Shown one piece after another: positions 1 through 8,915 of a stretch of DNA of 64,000 nt. The position numbers and the translations under genes are program-made. The DNA comes from an uncultured delta proteobacterium. Its GTDB lineage: Bacteria; Desulfobacterota; Binatia; UBA9968. The stretch covers positions 1 to 64,000 of the forward strand of contig CAVSLC010000004.1 in assembly GCA_963728565.1 (NCBI GenBank), in the 5' to 3' direction. The number at the start of each line of letters is the position of its first letter. Within the stretch, counting starts at the first letter, position 1. The notes below the pieces were generated by a model that searched no databases, was not told where the DNA came from, and worked only from the letters and a program-made list of their open reading frames with translations.

Positions 1-1002
1 GAAGACTTGAAAGCGCATGCGGCCGTGTGGGTGGATGGTTTTGTCACGGACCGCCTTCTGGTTGAAGTTGCGACGGGGTTGAACAAGCGGACCATCAGTA
101 CGTACGAAGGAAGCAAAAACGGCAACAACAAGTATCTTCTCTACCGCCATCAGCTGGAACGAGGATTGCCCGTGTTCGAAACTCTTCTTGCGGCGACTCC
201 CCGAGAAGTACCAGCCGCGCTCGCTCGCTTGCGACAGTTGGGTTATTCAAAGGCGGTGGTTAAAGCCCAGATCGGCGCCTCCGGCTATGGGATGATCAAG
301 CTCAATACCGAAAACCCGCGGCTCGATAGATTGCCCAACTATCTCTTCTTCGAAGGTCCGTGCATGGTGCAAGGCTGGCTCGATGAAGAAACACCTGGAG
401 TCCGTCGCATCGGCTCTCCCAGCATTCAGATGTTTTTAGATGATGACACTGTTTCCCTGTTCGACTGGACCGAACAGATTCTCAGTGAGGCCAGCGTTCA
501 TGAGGGCAACATGTCACCGCCACCCTACATTCGAGAACATCCTGAGCTCAAGGAAGAGCTTTTCCGACAAGGCGCAATCGCTGGAGAATGGCTGCACGCC
601 CAAGGTTATCGCGGCACCGCCAGCACCGACTTTGTGGTGATAGAACAAGATGGACGCAATCAGGTCATTATCTGCGAGATCAATGCACGGGTGACCGGGG
701 CCACGTATCCCGCAGTGCTGGCGCGACACTTTACGCCTGACGGTTGTTGGAAGATGCGCAACATTCAATTTCGCAAATCACTGGACGGCGATCAGCTTCT
801 TTCCCTCATTGATCACGCCCGAGTGCTCTACCGGCCGGGCAAGGACGAAGGAATCATTCCTTTTAATTTTAACATCGATAACCACGGCAAAGTCATCAAA
901 GGTCAATTCCTCTGCCTGGGAAAAGACCACGAACAATGCAGCGTAGTTTTGGCGAAAGCCTGGACCGAGTTGCCGGTCGAATGGGGTTATGACCGAGACT
1001 AG
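1..1002 (+). CDS. ATP-grasp fold ligase (5'-truncated by window edge)
   Basis: Frame open from base 1. ATP-grasp motifs VVKAQIGASGYG, GYRGTASTDFVV and ICEINARVTG (ExNxR). Stop overlaps the start of the next gene. Confidence 0.75.
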   Translation, partial: EDLKAHAAVWVDGFVTDRLLVEVATGLNKRTISTYEGSKNGNNKYLLYRHQLERGLPVFETLLAATPREVPAALARLRQLGYSKAVVKAQIGASGYGMIKLNTENPRLDRLPNYLFFEGPCMVQGWLDEETPGVRRIGSPSIQMFLDDDTVSLFDWTEQILSEASVHEGNMSPPPYIREHPELKEELFRQGAIAGEWLHAQGYRGTASTDFVVIEQDGRNQVIICEINARVTGATYPAVLARHFTPDGCWKMRNIQFRKSLDGDQLLSLIDHARVLYRPGKDEGIIPFNFNIDNHGKVIKGQFLCLGKDHEQCSVVLAKAWTELPVEWGYDRD

Positions 1003-2128
1003 CCGTAAAGACGAATCTCTGCGCCGGCGGCTGATCGAGCTCACTCGCGATTTGATCATCATTCCGAGCACGCGCGATCGTCCGGAGGATATCCAGCGTT
1101 GCATGGAGTTCGTCATCAACCATGTCGAACTGCCCAACGAACTGACGGTTCGCCGGTTTTGCGAAAATGGCAGTCCATCTACGGTGATCCTGCCGCGCAA
1201 TGTTTCAGCGCCTGAGGTTCTGCTGCTTGCCCATCTGGACGTGGTTGCACGGCCGCAAGCCGCGGAGTACCACTCGTCCGTCAATGACGGGAGAATTTAC
1301 GGGCCCGGCAGCGGCGACATGAAGGGCGAGTTAGCAATCCTGTTAGAAATCTTCCGTGACTTCCATGAGCGCTGCCCGGGAATTTCACTCGGCATCGCGG
1401 TAACCTCGGATGAGGAAAACGGCGGTAATCATGGCACACGCTTTCTGTTCGAAAAAGCCGGGCTCCGGTGCGGGGTTGCCATCATACCCGACTCCGGCTC
1501 ACTCAATGAAATAGCCGTCGAAGAAAAGGGCATTCTTCACTTGAAGCTCAAGACGCATGGCTCTTCGGGCCATGCTTCGCGGCCCTGGCTCGCTGAAAAC
1601 CCTTTGGAGAAATTAATTTCCAAGTTGAACGAGCTGCGCAACTATTTTGAGACTCTTAAAAGCGGCGATGGACATTGGCACCCGACCTTCGCGGTCACTG
1701 TGATGCAAACCGAGAATCGTGTATCGAACCGCATCCCGTCGTTCGCCGAAGCCGTCTGCGATGTTCGCTTCCCGCCTCCCTACAATTCGAACCAGATCAT
1801 TTCTCAGTTAAAACGATTCATGGAGCATAAAATGGAGCTAGAAGTGCTTGTCAGCGCCGAGCCGACTAAGGTTTTCCCTGATCCGCTCTTCCTTACGGCG
1901 ACCGAAGAAATCACGCACAAACCGGTGACACTGATCCGCGAGCACGGCGGAAGCGATGCCCGCTTCATTTGCGGCTATGGAATACCAGTGATCATGTCCA
2001 GACCCTATGTCGGCAATCTGCACGCCGAGAACGAATGGATCGACATCGCTTCAATGGAAACACTCTACCGCATCTACGAACGTTATTTGGACAAAAAGCT
2101 CAGCTTGATCGGCATCACCAGAGGATGA
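989..2128 (+). CDS. M20/M25/M40 metallopeptidase (ArgE/DapE-like)
   Basis: AHLDVV, GPGSGDMKG, SDEENG, GHAS, GGSDAR and HAENE zinc-peptidase motifs. Confidence 0.9.
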   Translation: MTETSRKDESLRRRLIELTRDLIIIPSTRDRPEDIQRCMEFVINHVELPNELTVRRFCENGSPSTVILPRNVSAPEVLLLAHLDVVARPQAAEYHSSVNDGRIYGPGSGDMKGELAILLEIFRDFHERCPGISLGIAVTSDEENGGNHGTRFLFEKAGLRCGVAIIPDSGSLNEIAVEEKGILHLKLKTHGSSGHASRPWLAENPLEKLISKLNELRNYFETLKSGDGHWHPTFAVTVMQTENRVSNRIPSFAEAVCDVRFPPPYNSNQIISQLKRFMEHKMELEVLVSAEPTKVFPDPLFLTATEEITHKPVTLIREHGGSDARFICGYGIPVIMSRPYVGNLHAENEWIDIASMETLYRIYERYLDKKLSLIGITRG

Positions 2129-2222
2129 TCAAAAGAGACAGGGCAAACGTCACTCCGCGATTCTTCCATTCAGGGGATGGCGATTCCCGGTTTCATCATG
2201 AGCAGTACGGGCGTTTTTTGCC

Positions 2223-2456
2223 TTATTGAGCAAAGTTGGGTGGCGCAATCGCCGATGAGACCACTAAAGCAAAGCTGATGATCACGGCCGCCATGACAAG
2301 CGCCATAGCCAGATTGCCTTTTTTGAGCTCCTCCCATTCATCAACAGGCGTTAGCCATGTGAAAACCAACAATACAATCCATAGAGACAGAACCATTGTT
2401 AAAATACCTACGATGCCCCAACCAATCAATTTTAAATATTCGCCAATAATTTCCAT
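2223..2456 (-). CDS. DUF350 family small membrane protein
   Basis: Two hydrophobic helices joined by LTPVDEWEELKKGNLAMA; GAGGAG RBS upstream. Confidence 0.8.
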   Translation of the reverse strand: MEIIGEYLKLIGWGIVGILTMVLSLWIVLLVFTWLTPVDEWEELKKGNLAMALVMAAVIISFALVVSSAIAPPNFAQ

Positions 2457-2767
2457 GCTTCAGTCTCCTCAAGTTGTGCGCCGCAGCCACAGGGCCAACT
2501 CCGTGCTTGTCCGTTTTGCAAATCTATAATCTTTAACCTGCATGAGTGATTTTCGCTTCACATTGTACTTTTGCCCTGATCATCCTTAGCACCATGACCC
2601 GGGCGGATGAATGGCCTGCATCTCTTTACGAACATCGACACACCTATTTAACAATCCCGGATGGTCAATTTGGGCGACCCTAAACGCCCAGTGGGTTTAT
2701 TGTCAAGCTAAATTCAGCAGCCACCCGTACGCCAACTTCGATTTGGCTAGCAGAGGGTTTCCACCAC

Positions 2768-2796
2768 TTGACCCGTTAGGATCGTTAACGTAACGT
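2768..2796 (+). promoter_or_regulatory. sigma70-type promoter of MFS gene
   Basis: TTGACC-N17-TAACGT, ending 26 nt before the ATG at 2823. Confidence 0.5.
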
Positions 2797-2822
2797 CGCC
2801 GCTGTATCATTCCCTGGCGATC

Positions 2823-4139
2823 ATGAGCTTCAATGTTTTCTCCAAGTTTCGATCGAGTATCTTTTACGGTTGGCGTATGGTCGGATTGGTTTCGATCATT
2901 CGCATCGTCGGCGGCGGCCTGCATCAGTTTGGTTTCACAGTTTTCTTCCTTCCGATTAGCCAGGATTTAGGAATCAGCCGGGCGGCGACGTCGTTGGCGT
3001 TTTCGCTTTCGCGGGCGCAGGGCGCGATCGAAGCGCCGTTCGTCGGGTACCTCATTGACCGCTATGGCCCGCGGCCTATCATGGTCACTGCGGTCTTTCT
3101 CGCCGGCCTCGGTTACATCCTTCTGTCCTGGGCCGATAGCTATGCAAGCTTCATGATCGTCTACCTCGGCGTGATCTCTCTTGCGTTCGTTGCCGGTTTT
3201 GTCCACTCGCCGATGGTCGTCGCCAACAGCTGGTTCATTCGTCAGCGAGCGCGCGCGATGACAGTAGTCAGCGCCGCAGTACCTATCGGCGGCGCCCTGA
3301 TATCTCCGCTGCTGGCCATCGGCGTATCGTCGATAGGTTGGCGCTGGGCAGCTTTTCTCTCTGGGTGTGTTTTTCTAATAGTCTGCTTGCCCCTTAGCTT
3401 TCACTTGAAGCGTTCCCCTGAAAGCATGGGATTGCTCCCCGACGGAGAGGCCACAGAATTGAATGAGGGCGCAGATTCGTCGATAAGCCCGGCAGAGGGA
3501 AATGCCAAAGGCGATTTCACCAGCAGGCAAGCGATGACGACGTGGATGTTCTGGGTGCTGGTAACTGCGATGACTGCTCGAGTGACTTGTTACAGCGCAG
3601 CCACAGTCCACTTTATCCCGCTGATGGTTTGGAAAGGGATGTCAGAGAGCGCCGCCGCTTCCCTGCTCGGCGTCTTCGCGCTGGTCAATTTAGTGGCGCA
3701 CTTTGTTCTCGGCTGGATCGCAGATTGGGTAAACAAACCCAAGCTTCTAGCCGCTTGCCACTTACTGCCTGCTCTTTCGGTGGTGCCGCTTCTATTCGAT
3801 TCCGCTGATTATCAACTTTGGTTGTTTGCGATCGGTTTTACTCTACTCGATGCCTCATTTCCAATCGTCTGGGCGACTGTCGGAGATTTTTTCGGTCGAC
3901 GCTACTTCGCGACCATTAGGGGAATGATGAGTTTCTTCTATATGTGGGGAAGCTTTGCCGGTCCGGTCCTCGCAGGCGTGATCTACGATAAGACTCAGAC
4001 GTACTGGATGGTCTTATGGATTTTTCTGGCTTTGTTGATCATTGCCACACTGCTGGTTCTTTCGTTAATCCGGGCATGGACAATTCGCATGATGATGGCG
4101 GCCGGATCTCCAGTCGCGTCAAGTGCAACGACTGCTTAG
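2823..4139 (+). CDS. MFS transporter
   Basis: About 12 TM segments; motif A GYLIDRYGPR; GWIADWVNK in second half. Confidence 0.92.
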   Translation: MSFNVFSKFRSSIFYGWRMVGLVSIIRIVGGGLHQFGFTVFFLPISQDLGISRAATSLAFSLSRAQGAIEAPFVGYLIDRYGPRPIMVTAVFLAGLGYILLSWADSYASFMIVYLGVISLAFVAGFVHSPMVVANSWFIRQRARAMTVVSAAVPIGGALISPLLAIGVSSIGWRWAAFLSGCVFLIVCLPLSFHLKRSPESMGLLPDGEATELNEGADSSISPAEGNAKGDFTSRQAMTTWMFWVLVTAMTARVTCYSAATVHFIPLMVWKGMSESAAASLLGVFALVNLVAHFVLGWIADWVNKPKLLAACHLLPALSVVPLLFDSADYQLWLFAIGFTLLDASFPIVWATVGDFFGRRYFATIRGMMSFFYMWGSFAGPVLAGVIYDKTQTYWMVLWIFLALLIIATLLVLSLIRAWTIRMMMAAGSPVASSATTA

Positions 4140-4279
4140 CCTGGAGCGACTAATTTAACGATTTTAATCACCGGCGAATTCTGTCATTTTGCGCTTGACC
4201 TAATTTGTGAATCCGCCTATGCGTGTCCAATCGCGCTATGTCGTTTTTGCGTAGGAACTTGTTGACTGAAGGAGTCATT

Positions 4280-5356
4280 ATGCGCCGCTTTGGATCCCAC
4301 TATGCTCCCGCGCTCGGTTTCTTTTTCATTGTGTCCGTTATGCTGACGACAATTGGTGCCGATCCGGTTTTTTCACAAGCGCCCTTCTATCAGGGAAAAA
4401 CCATAACTCTCATCATCGGCGCCGGTCCCGGTGGAATGGGTGACTTGCGCGCGAGAGCCCTGGCGTCAGTTCTTGTCAAACACATTCCAGGGAGTCCAAC
4501 CATCACGTTTCAGTATATGGCCGGGGCAGGTGGGCGAAAGGCGGCCAATCATCTTTACAATACGGCACGCGCCGATGGCCTGACGCTCTTCCGAATCTCC
4601 AGCAGCATCATACCTTACGCGGTGTTAGGCGAATCTGGTGTCCAGTACGATATCGATAAGCTCGTTTATCTGGGAACGACGGAACATGTCCTTTACTATC
4701 TGTTCAATACGCGTAAGCAAGCAGGTCTGGATACTCTGGCTAAACTGCGGGCGGCTTCGGGAGTCCGCATCGGCAGCGCTCCTGTAGGCCATACCGGGTA
4801 TATCCAGAGCCGCGTGAGCGCCTACCTCCTGGATATGAAAGAACCTCGGTTCATCCCAGGATATGAAAATGAAGATCTGGACGTTGCTTTCGCGCGTGGG
4901 GAGGTGGACGCGCAGGTCGCTTCAACAAGTACGGTCATTGAGCATGATTTGGTAAACAAAAAATTGGTCGACTTTCACGCCGCCATCGAAGTGCCCAAAG
5001 GACGTAAAGACTCTCGTTTTGCGAATCTGAATCTGCCAGACATCGAAGAGTTCGCCAAGACCGATAAGGAGAAAAAGCTTTTGGACATGATGCGGGGCTT
5101 CCGATCTATCGGCACCGCTCTGCTTCTGCCACCGGCGACTCCAAAAGATCGTGTCGACATTCTCAAGGAGGCCGTGCGAAAGACCCATTTAGATCCGGCA
5201 TTCATCACCGAGTACCGGAAACTCACCGGCGGCGATGAACCGACCCCCCTCATGCCTGACGAGCAAGCGAAAGTTGTTAAAGAGATTCCGCGGGATGCTG
5301 AAACGATAGAGCTGTTTAAAAAGTTCGCCGGAACCGGACCTTTACCGCCGCGTTAA
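4280..5356 (+). CDS. Bug/TctC-family tripartite tricarboxylate transporter substrate-binding protein
   Basis: Signal peptide then FYQGKTITLIIGAGPGG..D and MAGAGG motifs; AAGGAG RBS before ATG 4280. Confidence 0.88.
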   Translation: MRRFGSHYAPALGFFFIVSVMLTTIGADPVFSQAPFYQGKTITLIIGAGPGGMGDLRARALASVLVKHIPGSPTITFQYMAGAGGRKAANHLYNTARADGLTLFRISSSIIPYAVLGESGVQYDIDKLVYLGTTEHVLYYLFNTRKQAGLDTLAKLRAASGVRIGSAPVGHTGYIQSRVSAYLLDMKEPRFIPGYENEDLDVAFARGEVDAQVASTSTVIEHDLVNKKLVDFHAAIEVPKGRKDSRFANLNLPDIEEFAKTDKEKKLLDMMRGFRSIGTALLLPPATPKDRVDILKEAVRKTHLDPAFITEYRKLTGGDEPTPLMPDEQAKVVKEIPRDAETIELFKKFAGTGPLPPR

Positions 5357-5658
5357 GTCAGCCTGGGCTCTTTGTCGTGCTCACCATGTCGGGACTCTTA
5401 CATGGAATTTTGCTAGCTCCACCCGGTAGATGCCAAGCCGCTTCTTCAAGTTCGGCTCGGGCTCGTTATGAAGGATGCTAACGCTTACAGGAACTGTGAT
5501 TTCGAGAGATTATACTATCAGTGCTGCTGTCTGCGCCGGGCTGCGGCGAGCGGTTTCATGAGGCCGCCAGGTATTCCCGGCCCCCAAGAAAGTGGCAGGG
5601 AAAGCCCTCGCGAATGGTAACCTGAATGCGAATTGTCGGAGTACAATTAGCTGGTCGC

Positions 5659-5844
5659 TTAAAGGTCTTCGGAAGGCTCAATTTTTCTTGGTTTCGTCTC
5701 TGCAGCAGAGGGTTTTTGCGGAAAAGGATGCTTTTGCCGGGCAGCCTCTTCCTGCGCTTTGATGGCGTTGAGACGCTTCTGGAACCAAGTTGACTGTGGC
5801 CAACTCCAGTTCTGATCCGTATAGCTTGAAGTGGGTTGTTTCAT
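5659..5844 (-). CDS. hypothetical 61-aa protein
   Basis: GGGAG RBS and a sigma54-type promoter directly upstream; no recognised domain. Confidence 0.55.
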   Translation of the reverse strand: MKQPTSSYTDQNWSWPQSTWFQKRLNAIKAQEEAARQKHPFPQKPSAAETKPRKIEPSEDL

Positions 5845-5871
5845 TGAGTTACTCCCGTAGCGGCGTCACCC

Positions 5872-5887
5872 AGCAAGCGATATGCCA
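5872..5887 (-). promoter_or_regulatory. sigma54 (-24/-12) promoter
   Basis: Minus strand TGGCAT-ATCGC-TTGCT versus consensus TGGCAC-N5-TTGCW. Confidence 0.7.
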
Positions 5888-5962
5888 GCAGCCAACGCGG
5901 GATTTTCGAGCACAATCATGACCAGAACCACTTTGCCATGACAGGACTCAGCCAGTTTCGCT

Positions 5963-5984
5963 CAAATTCGAACAGTCGAATTTG
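5963..5984. promoter_or_regulatory. perfect inverted repeat, candidate enhancer (UAS) for a sigma54 activator
   Basis: CAAATTCGA-ACAG-TCGAATTTG, centred about 110 bp upstream of the predicted sigma54 start site. Confidence 0.45.
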
Positions 5985-6199
5985 CCGCAACAGGGCATAG
6001 GCAGATAGCGCCTGCGTGGCAGAGATCTCTCGATCTGGTCCAATTCACTGTCAACTTTTCAGGATCCGAAACAAGCTGCTTCTATCAAGCGAATGGCGAT
6101 ACTGTGCTTACCATCTTCAATGTCGTCGCTGCCAATCGATTCGGCCTCTACACAAACGCCAAATTAATCGATAAACTTCTTCCCGGTAAATATTTTCCC

Positions 6200-6838
6200 A
6201 TGAATACTAACAAGTACCGATTTATACTGTTGGGATTGATGGTTGCCGCATTGGGCATCGTCATCGGCACGCTTCTCTGGATCAAGCTGGCTCCACCGCC
6301 CCGCTTCGGTGCTAACCAACGGAGTTCTCTGGAAGGAATGAGCCAGTACGGTTCTGTGCCCGAGTTCTCATTAACAGAAAGAAGCGGCAAGACCATTGGG
6401 TCGGAGCAACTGCGCGGCACAATCTGGATTGCCGATTTTATCTATACCGATTGCCAGGATACCTGTCCGCTTCAGAGTGCAGAGATGGCCAGGCTACAAG
6501 ACGAACTGTCGGGGCAAGGAGTCGTGAAGCTACTGTCCTTTTCCGTCAACCCCGACAAGGACACGCCATCAGTTCTTTCCCAGTACGCAGATCGATTTAA
6601 AGCCAGCACAGATCGTTGGCTATTTCTAACCGGCGGGCAAGAAGAGATAAGAAGCCTAGTCCAGAACGGTTTCCGCTTGAGCGTCGCCACCGCCTCGAGC
6701 GATCCCGGCGTGATTCTGCACAGCCCGAGATTGGTATTGATCGACCGGCAAGCGCAAATTCGCGGTTATTACGATAGCCGGGATCACGAAGCGCTACGGC
6801 GTCTCCGCAGAGATGTGGCCATCTTAGTGAAGGATTGA
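6200..6838 (+). CDS. SCO1/SenC family copper chaperone
   Basis: N-terminal TM anchor, FIYTDCQDTCP (CxxxC), SVNPDKDTP, conserved His in ILHS. ATG 6200 preferred over GTG 6104. Confidence 0.9.
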   Translation: MNTNKYRFILLGLMVAALGIVIGTLLWIKLAPPPRFGANQRSSLEGMSQYGSVPEFSLTERSGKTIGSEQLRGTIWIADFIYTDCQDTCPLQSAEMARLQDELSGQGVVKLLSFSVNPDKDTPSVLSQYADRFKASTDRWLFLTGGQEEIRSLVQNGFRLSVATASSDPGVILHSPRLVLIDRQAQIRGYYDSRDHEALRRLRRDVAILVKD

Positions 6839-6851
6839 GGAGATTGTAAAA

Positions 6852-7734
6852 ATGGCAAAGACAAGTAAGAACAGGCCAACCTCCAACATCCAAACAGCTG
6901 CCCCGAGCACAGCCAAACAGCAACCGAACTGGCCGATACTCGGCTTTGGCGATCTCCGGTATGCTCCTGTCCGGTTATCTGACCTATTCCGCTTGGCAGG
7001 GCCAGTCAGTAGCCGGATGCACAGTGGGCAGTGCCTGCGACATCGTACTCAATAGCCGCTGGTCGAAACTGTTGGGCATGCCGATTTCGTTTTGGGGCTT
7101 TTTGGCCTACGCTCTTTTAGCCGCTATCGCCTGGAACAAAACCACGCCTAGTCAGTGGAAGATGGCTTGGACCGTCACCATCATCGGATTGCTTTATAGC
7201 CTCTACCTTACCGGTGTTTCACTGATCGTTTTGGATGCCGCTTGTCCTTATTGCTTGACTTCACTTGGATTGATGACGGCGATTTTTGCCGTGCTCCTCA
7301 TGCGCCGGCCTGCCAAAATGCCGGGTTTTTCTTGGGGACCATGGCTCGGGAAAACCGCGGGGGCGGCGGTTCTGATCATCATCGTCCTCCATCTTCATTA
7401 CTCAGGCTACATCGGAAAAACCGCCGGCCCGGAGGATCCATGGATTCGTGGACTGGTTGAACATCTGGCGAAGACCGATGCCAAATTTTACGGCGCATCG
7501 TGGTGCCCCCACTGCACCGAGCAGAAGGAGCTTTTTGGCCCCTCATCGGCGCGAGTGCCGTACATCGAATGCAGCCCGGGCGGGCCGCGCGCGCCGCAAG
7601 CGCAAGCATGCAATGACGCGGGCATCAAGAGTTATCCGACTTGGATTATCAATGGGCAACGCTATTCGGGCATTCAGTCATTGGACAGCTTGGCTCAGTA
7701 CAGCAACTACAAGTCGGCAGGAGCAAAGAAATGA
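6852..7734 (+). CDS. VKOR-thioredoxin fusion (disulfide-bond formation); one +1 frameshift at ~6945
   Basis: GCTVGSACDIVLNSRWS and CPYC (VKOR), then YGASWCPHC (Trx-like). The N-terminus from ATG 6852 (GAGGAG RBS) joins the main frame if one T of TTT 6945-6947 is removed. Confidence 0.88.
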
Positions 7735-8195
7735 AAACGTTGAATTTACGGGAGATTTTCTTGCTGACACTTTCGGTGGCATCACTGCTGGGGTATCAGC
7801 AGACGGCAAGCGCTGATCCTTCTAAGTACCCTCAGTTTGCCCAACAATCACTGCCTGCCAACGTGCCGCTGGCATTTACATCCATTGATGAGCTGGTCGC
7901 TGAGGTAAAAGCCGGTAAAAAGCCTTCGATTATCGACGTGCGAACGACGGCGGAATACAATGAAGTTCATATTCTCGGCGCCACCTCAGCCCCGCTGGCT
8001 CAATTTAAGGAATACGTAAAGAGTATCCCCAGGGACCGGCCGGTTGTTCTCTATTGAGCCTGCCCACATCACCTGGCCAGTTTGGCCTATGGCATTCTCT
8101 ATGAAAATGGCTATCGCAATATGAAGGTTCTTAACGAAGGCTTGATCGGCTGGCACGAGAGACGTTATCCGATGGAAGGAACCAAGGTTCCTTGA
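7731..8195 (+). CDS. exported rhodanese-domain protein with in-frame UGA (probable selenocysteine, UxC motif)
   Basis: Signal peptide; IIDVR..EY..HILGA; VVLY-[TGA 8055-8057]-ACPHHLA...GYRNMKVLNEGLIGW completes the rhodanese fold in frame; next stop 8193-8195, 10 nt before queC. Confidence 0.8.
8061..8094 (+). promoter_or_regulatory. candidate bacterial SECIS hairpin
   Basis: GGCCA-GTT-TGGCC (8075-8087) with loop G 23 nt after the UGA; outer TGCC/GGCA pairing possible. Confidence 0.55.
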
Positions 8196-8205
8196 ATCAG
8201 GACCC

Positions 8206-8907
8206 ATGGCGCGAAAAAAAGCTGTCATTCTACTTAGCGGTGGAATCGACTCGACCACCGCGGCAGCGATTGCGCGGCGCAATCAGTTCGATCTTCACGC
8301 CCTCACCTTCCGCTATGGCCAGCGTCACGAACGAGAGATCGAAGCCGCTAAAAAGGTCGCGGCTTGGTTGCGAGTCGAGGAGCACCTCATAATTGAGTCC
8401 GGCCTGCGCGCGATTGGCGGTTCGGCTCTGACTGATCGCATGGAGGTTCCCAAAGGCCGCTCGCCATCGGAAATTGAGTACGGCATACCGGTAACGTACG
8501 TGCCGGCGCGCAATACCATCTTCCTGGCATACGGCTTGGCACTGACCGAAAAGATTGAAGCGTCGGACATTTTTTTTGGCGCCAATCAGCTTGACTACAG
8601 CGGCTATCCCGATTGCCGCGACGAATATGTTCGCGCCTTTGAAAGGATGGCCAATCTGGCGACCAAAGCCGCCGTCGAAGGCAAAGTGCAGTTGAAGATT
8701 CACACCCCGTTAATTCAAATGACAAAAGCAGAAATCATTAAGCAAGGAAGCGAACTGGGACTCGACTACAGCCTTACTTGGAGTTGCTATGATCCAACTG
8801 TGGACGGCAAAGCTTGCGCCCTGTGCGACAGCTGTCAGCTGAGGCTAAAAGGTTTCAAAGAGGCAGGTCTTAGCGATCCGATCGCTTACGCAACCACCGC
8901 GGGTTAG
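8206..8907 (+). CDS. queC: 7-cyano-7-deazaguanine synthase
   Basis: LLSGGIDS, TYVPARNTIF, DYSGYPDCR, TWSCY...CALCDSC. Confidence 0.96.
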   Translation: MARKKAVILLSGGIDSTTAAAIARRNQFDLHALTFRYGQRHEREIEAAKKVAAWLRVEEHLIIESGLRAIGGSALTDRMEVPKGRSPSEIEYGIPVTYVPARNTIFLAYGLALTEKIEASDIFFGANQLDYSGYPDCRDEYVRAFERMANLATKAAVEGKVQLKIHTPLIQMTKAEIIKQGSELGLDYSLTWSCYDPTVDGKACALCDSCQLRLKGFKEAGLSDPIAYATTAG

Positions 8908-8915
8908 ATCTTTCA

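Noticed and set aside
2223-2456. DUF350 as part of the ATP-grasp/M20 unit
   Set aside because: It is convergent on the opposite strand with its own upstream region; no evidence of linkage here.
5530-5580. SAH riboswitch-like fragments (GCTGCGGC...GCCAGG)
   Set aside because: The pseudoknot partner is missing and there is no downstream gene on that strand.
8206-8907. queC as part of a Dpd or QatABCD-type defence/DNA-modification system
   Set aside because: Canonical length and motifs of housekeeping QueC; no dpd, TatD or associated ATPase neighbours.
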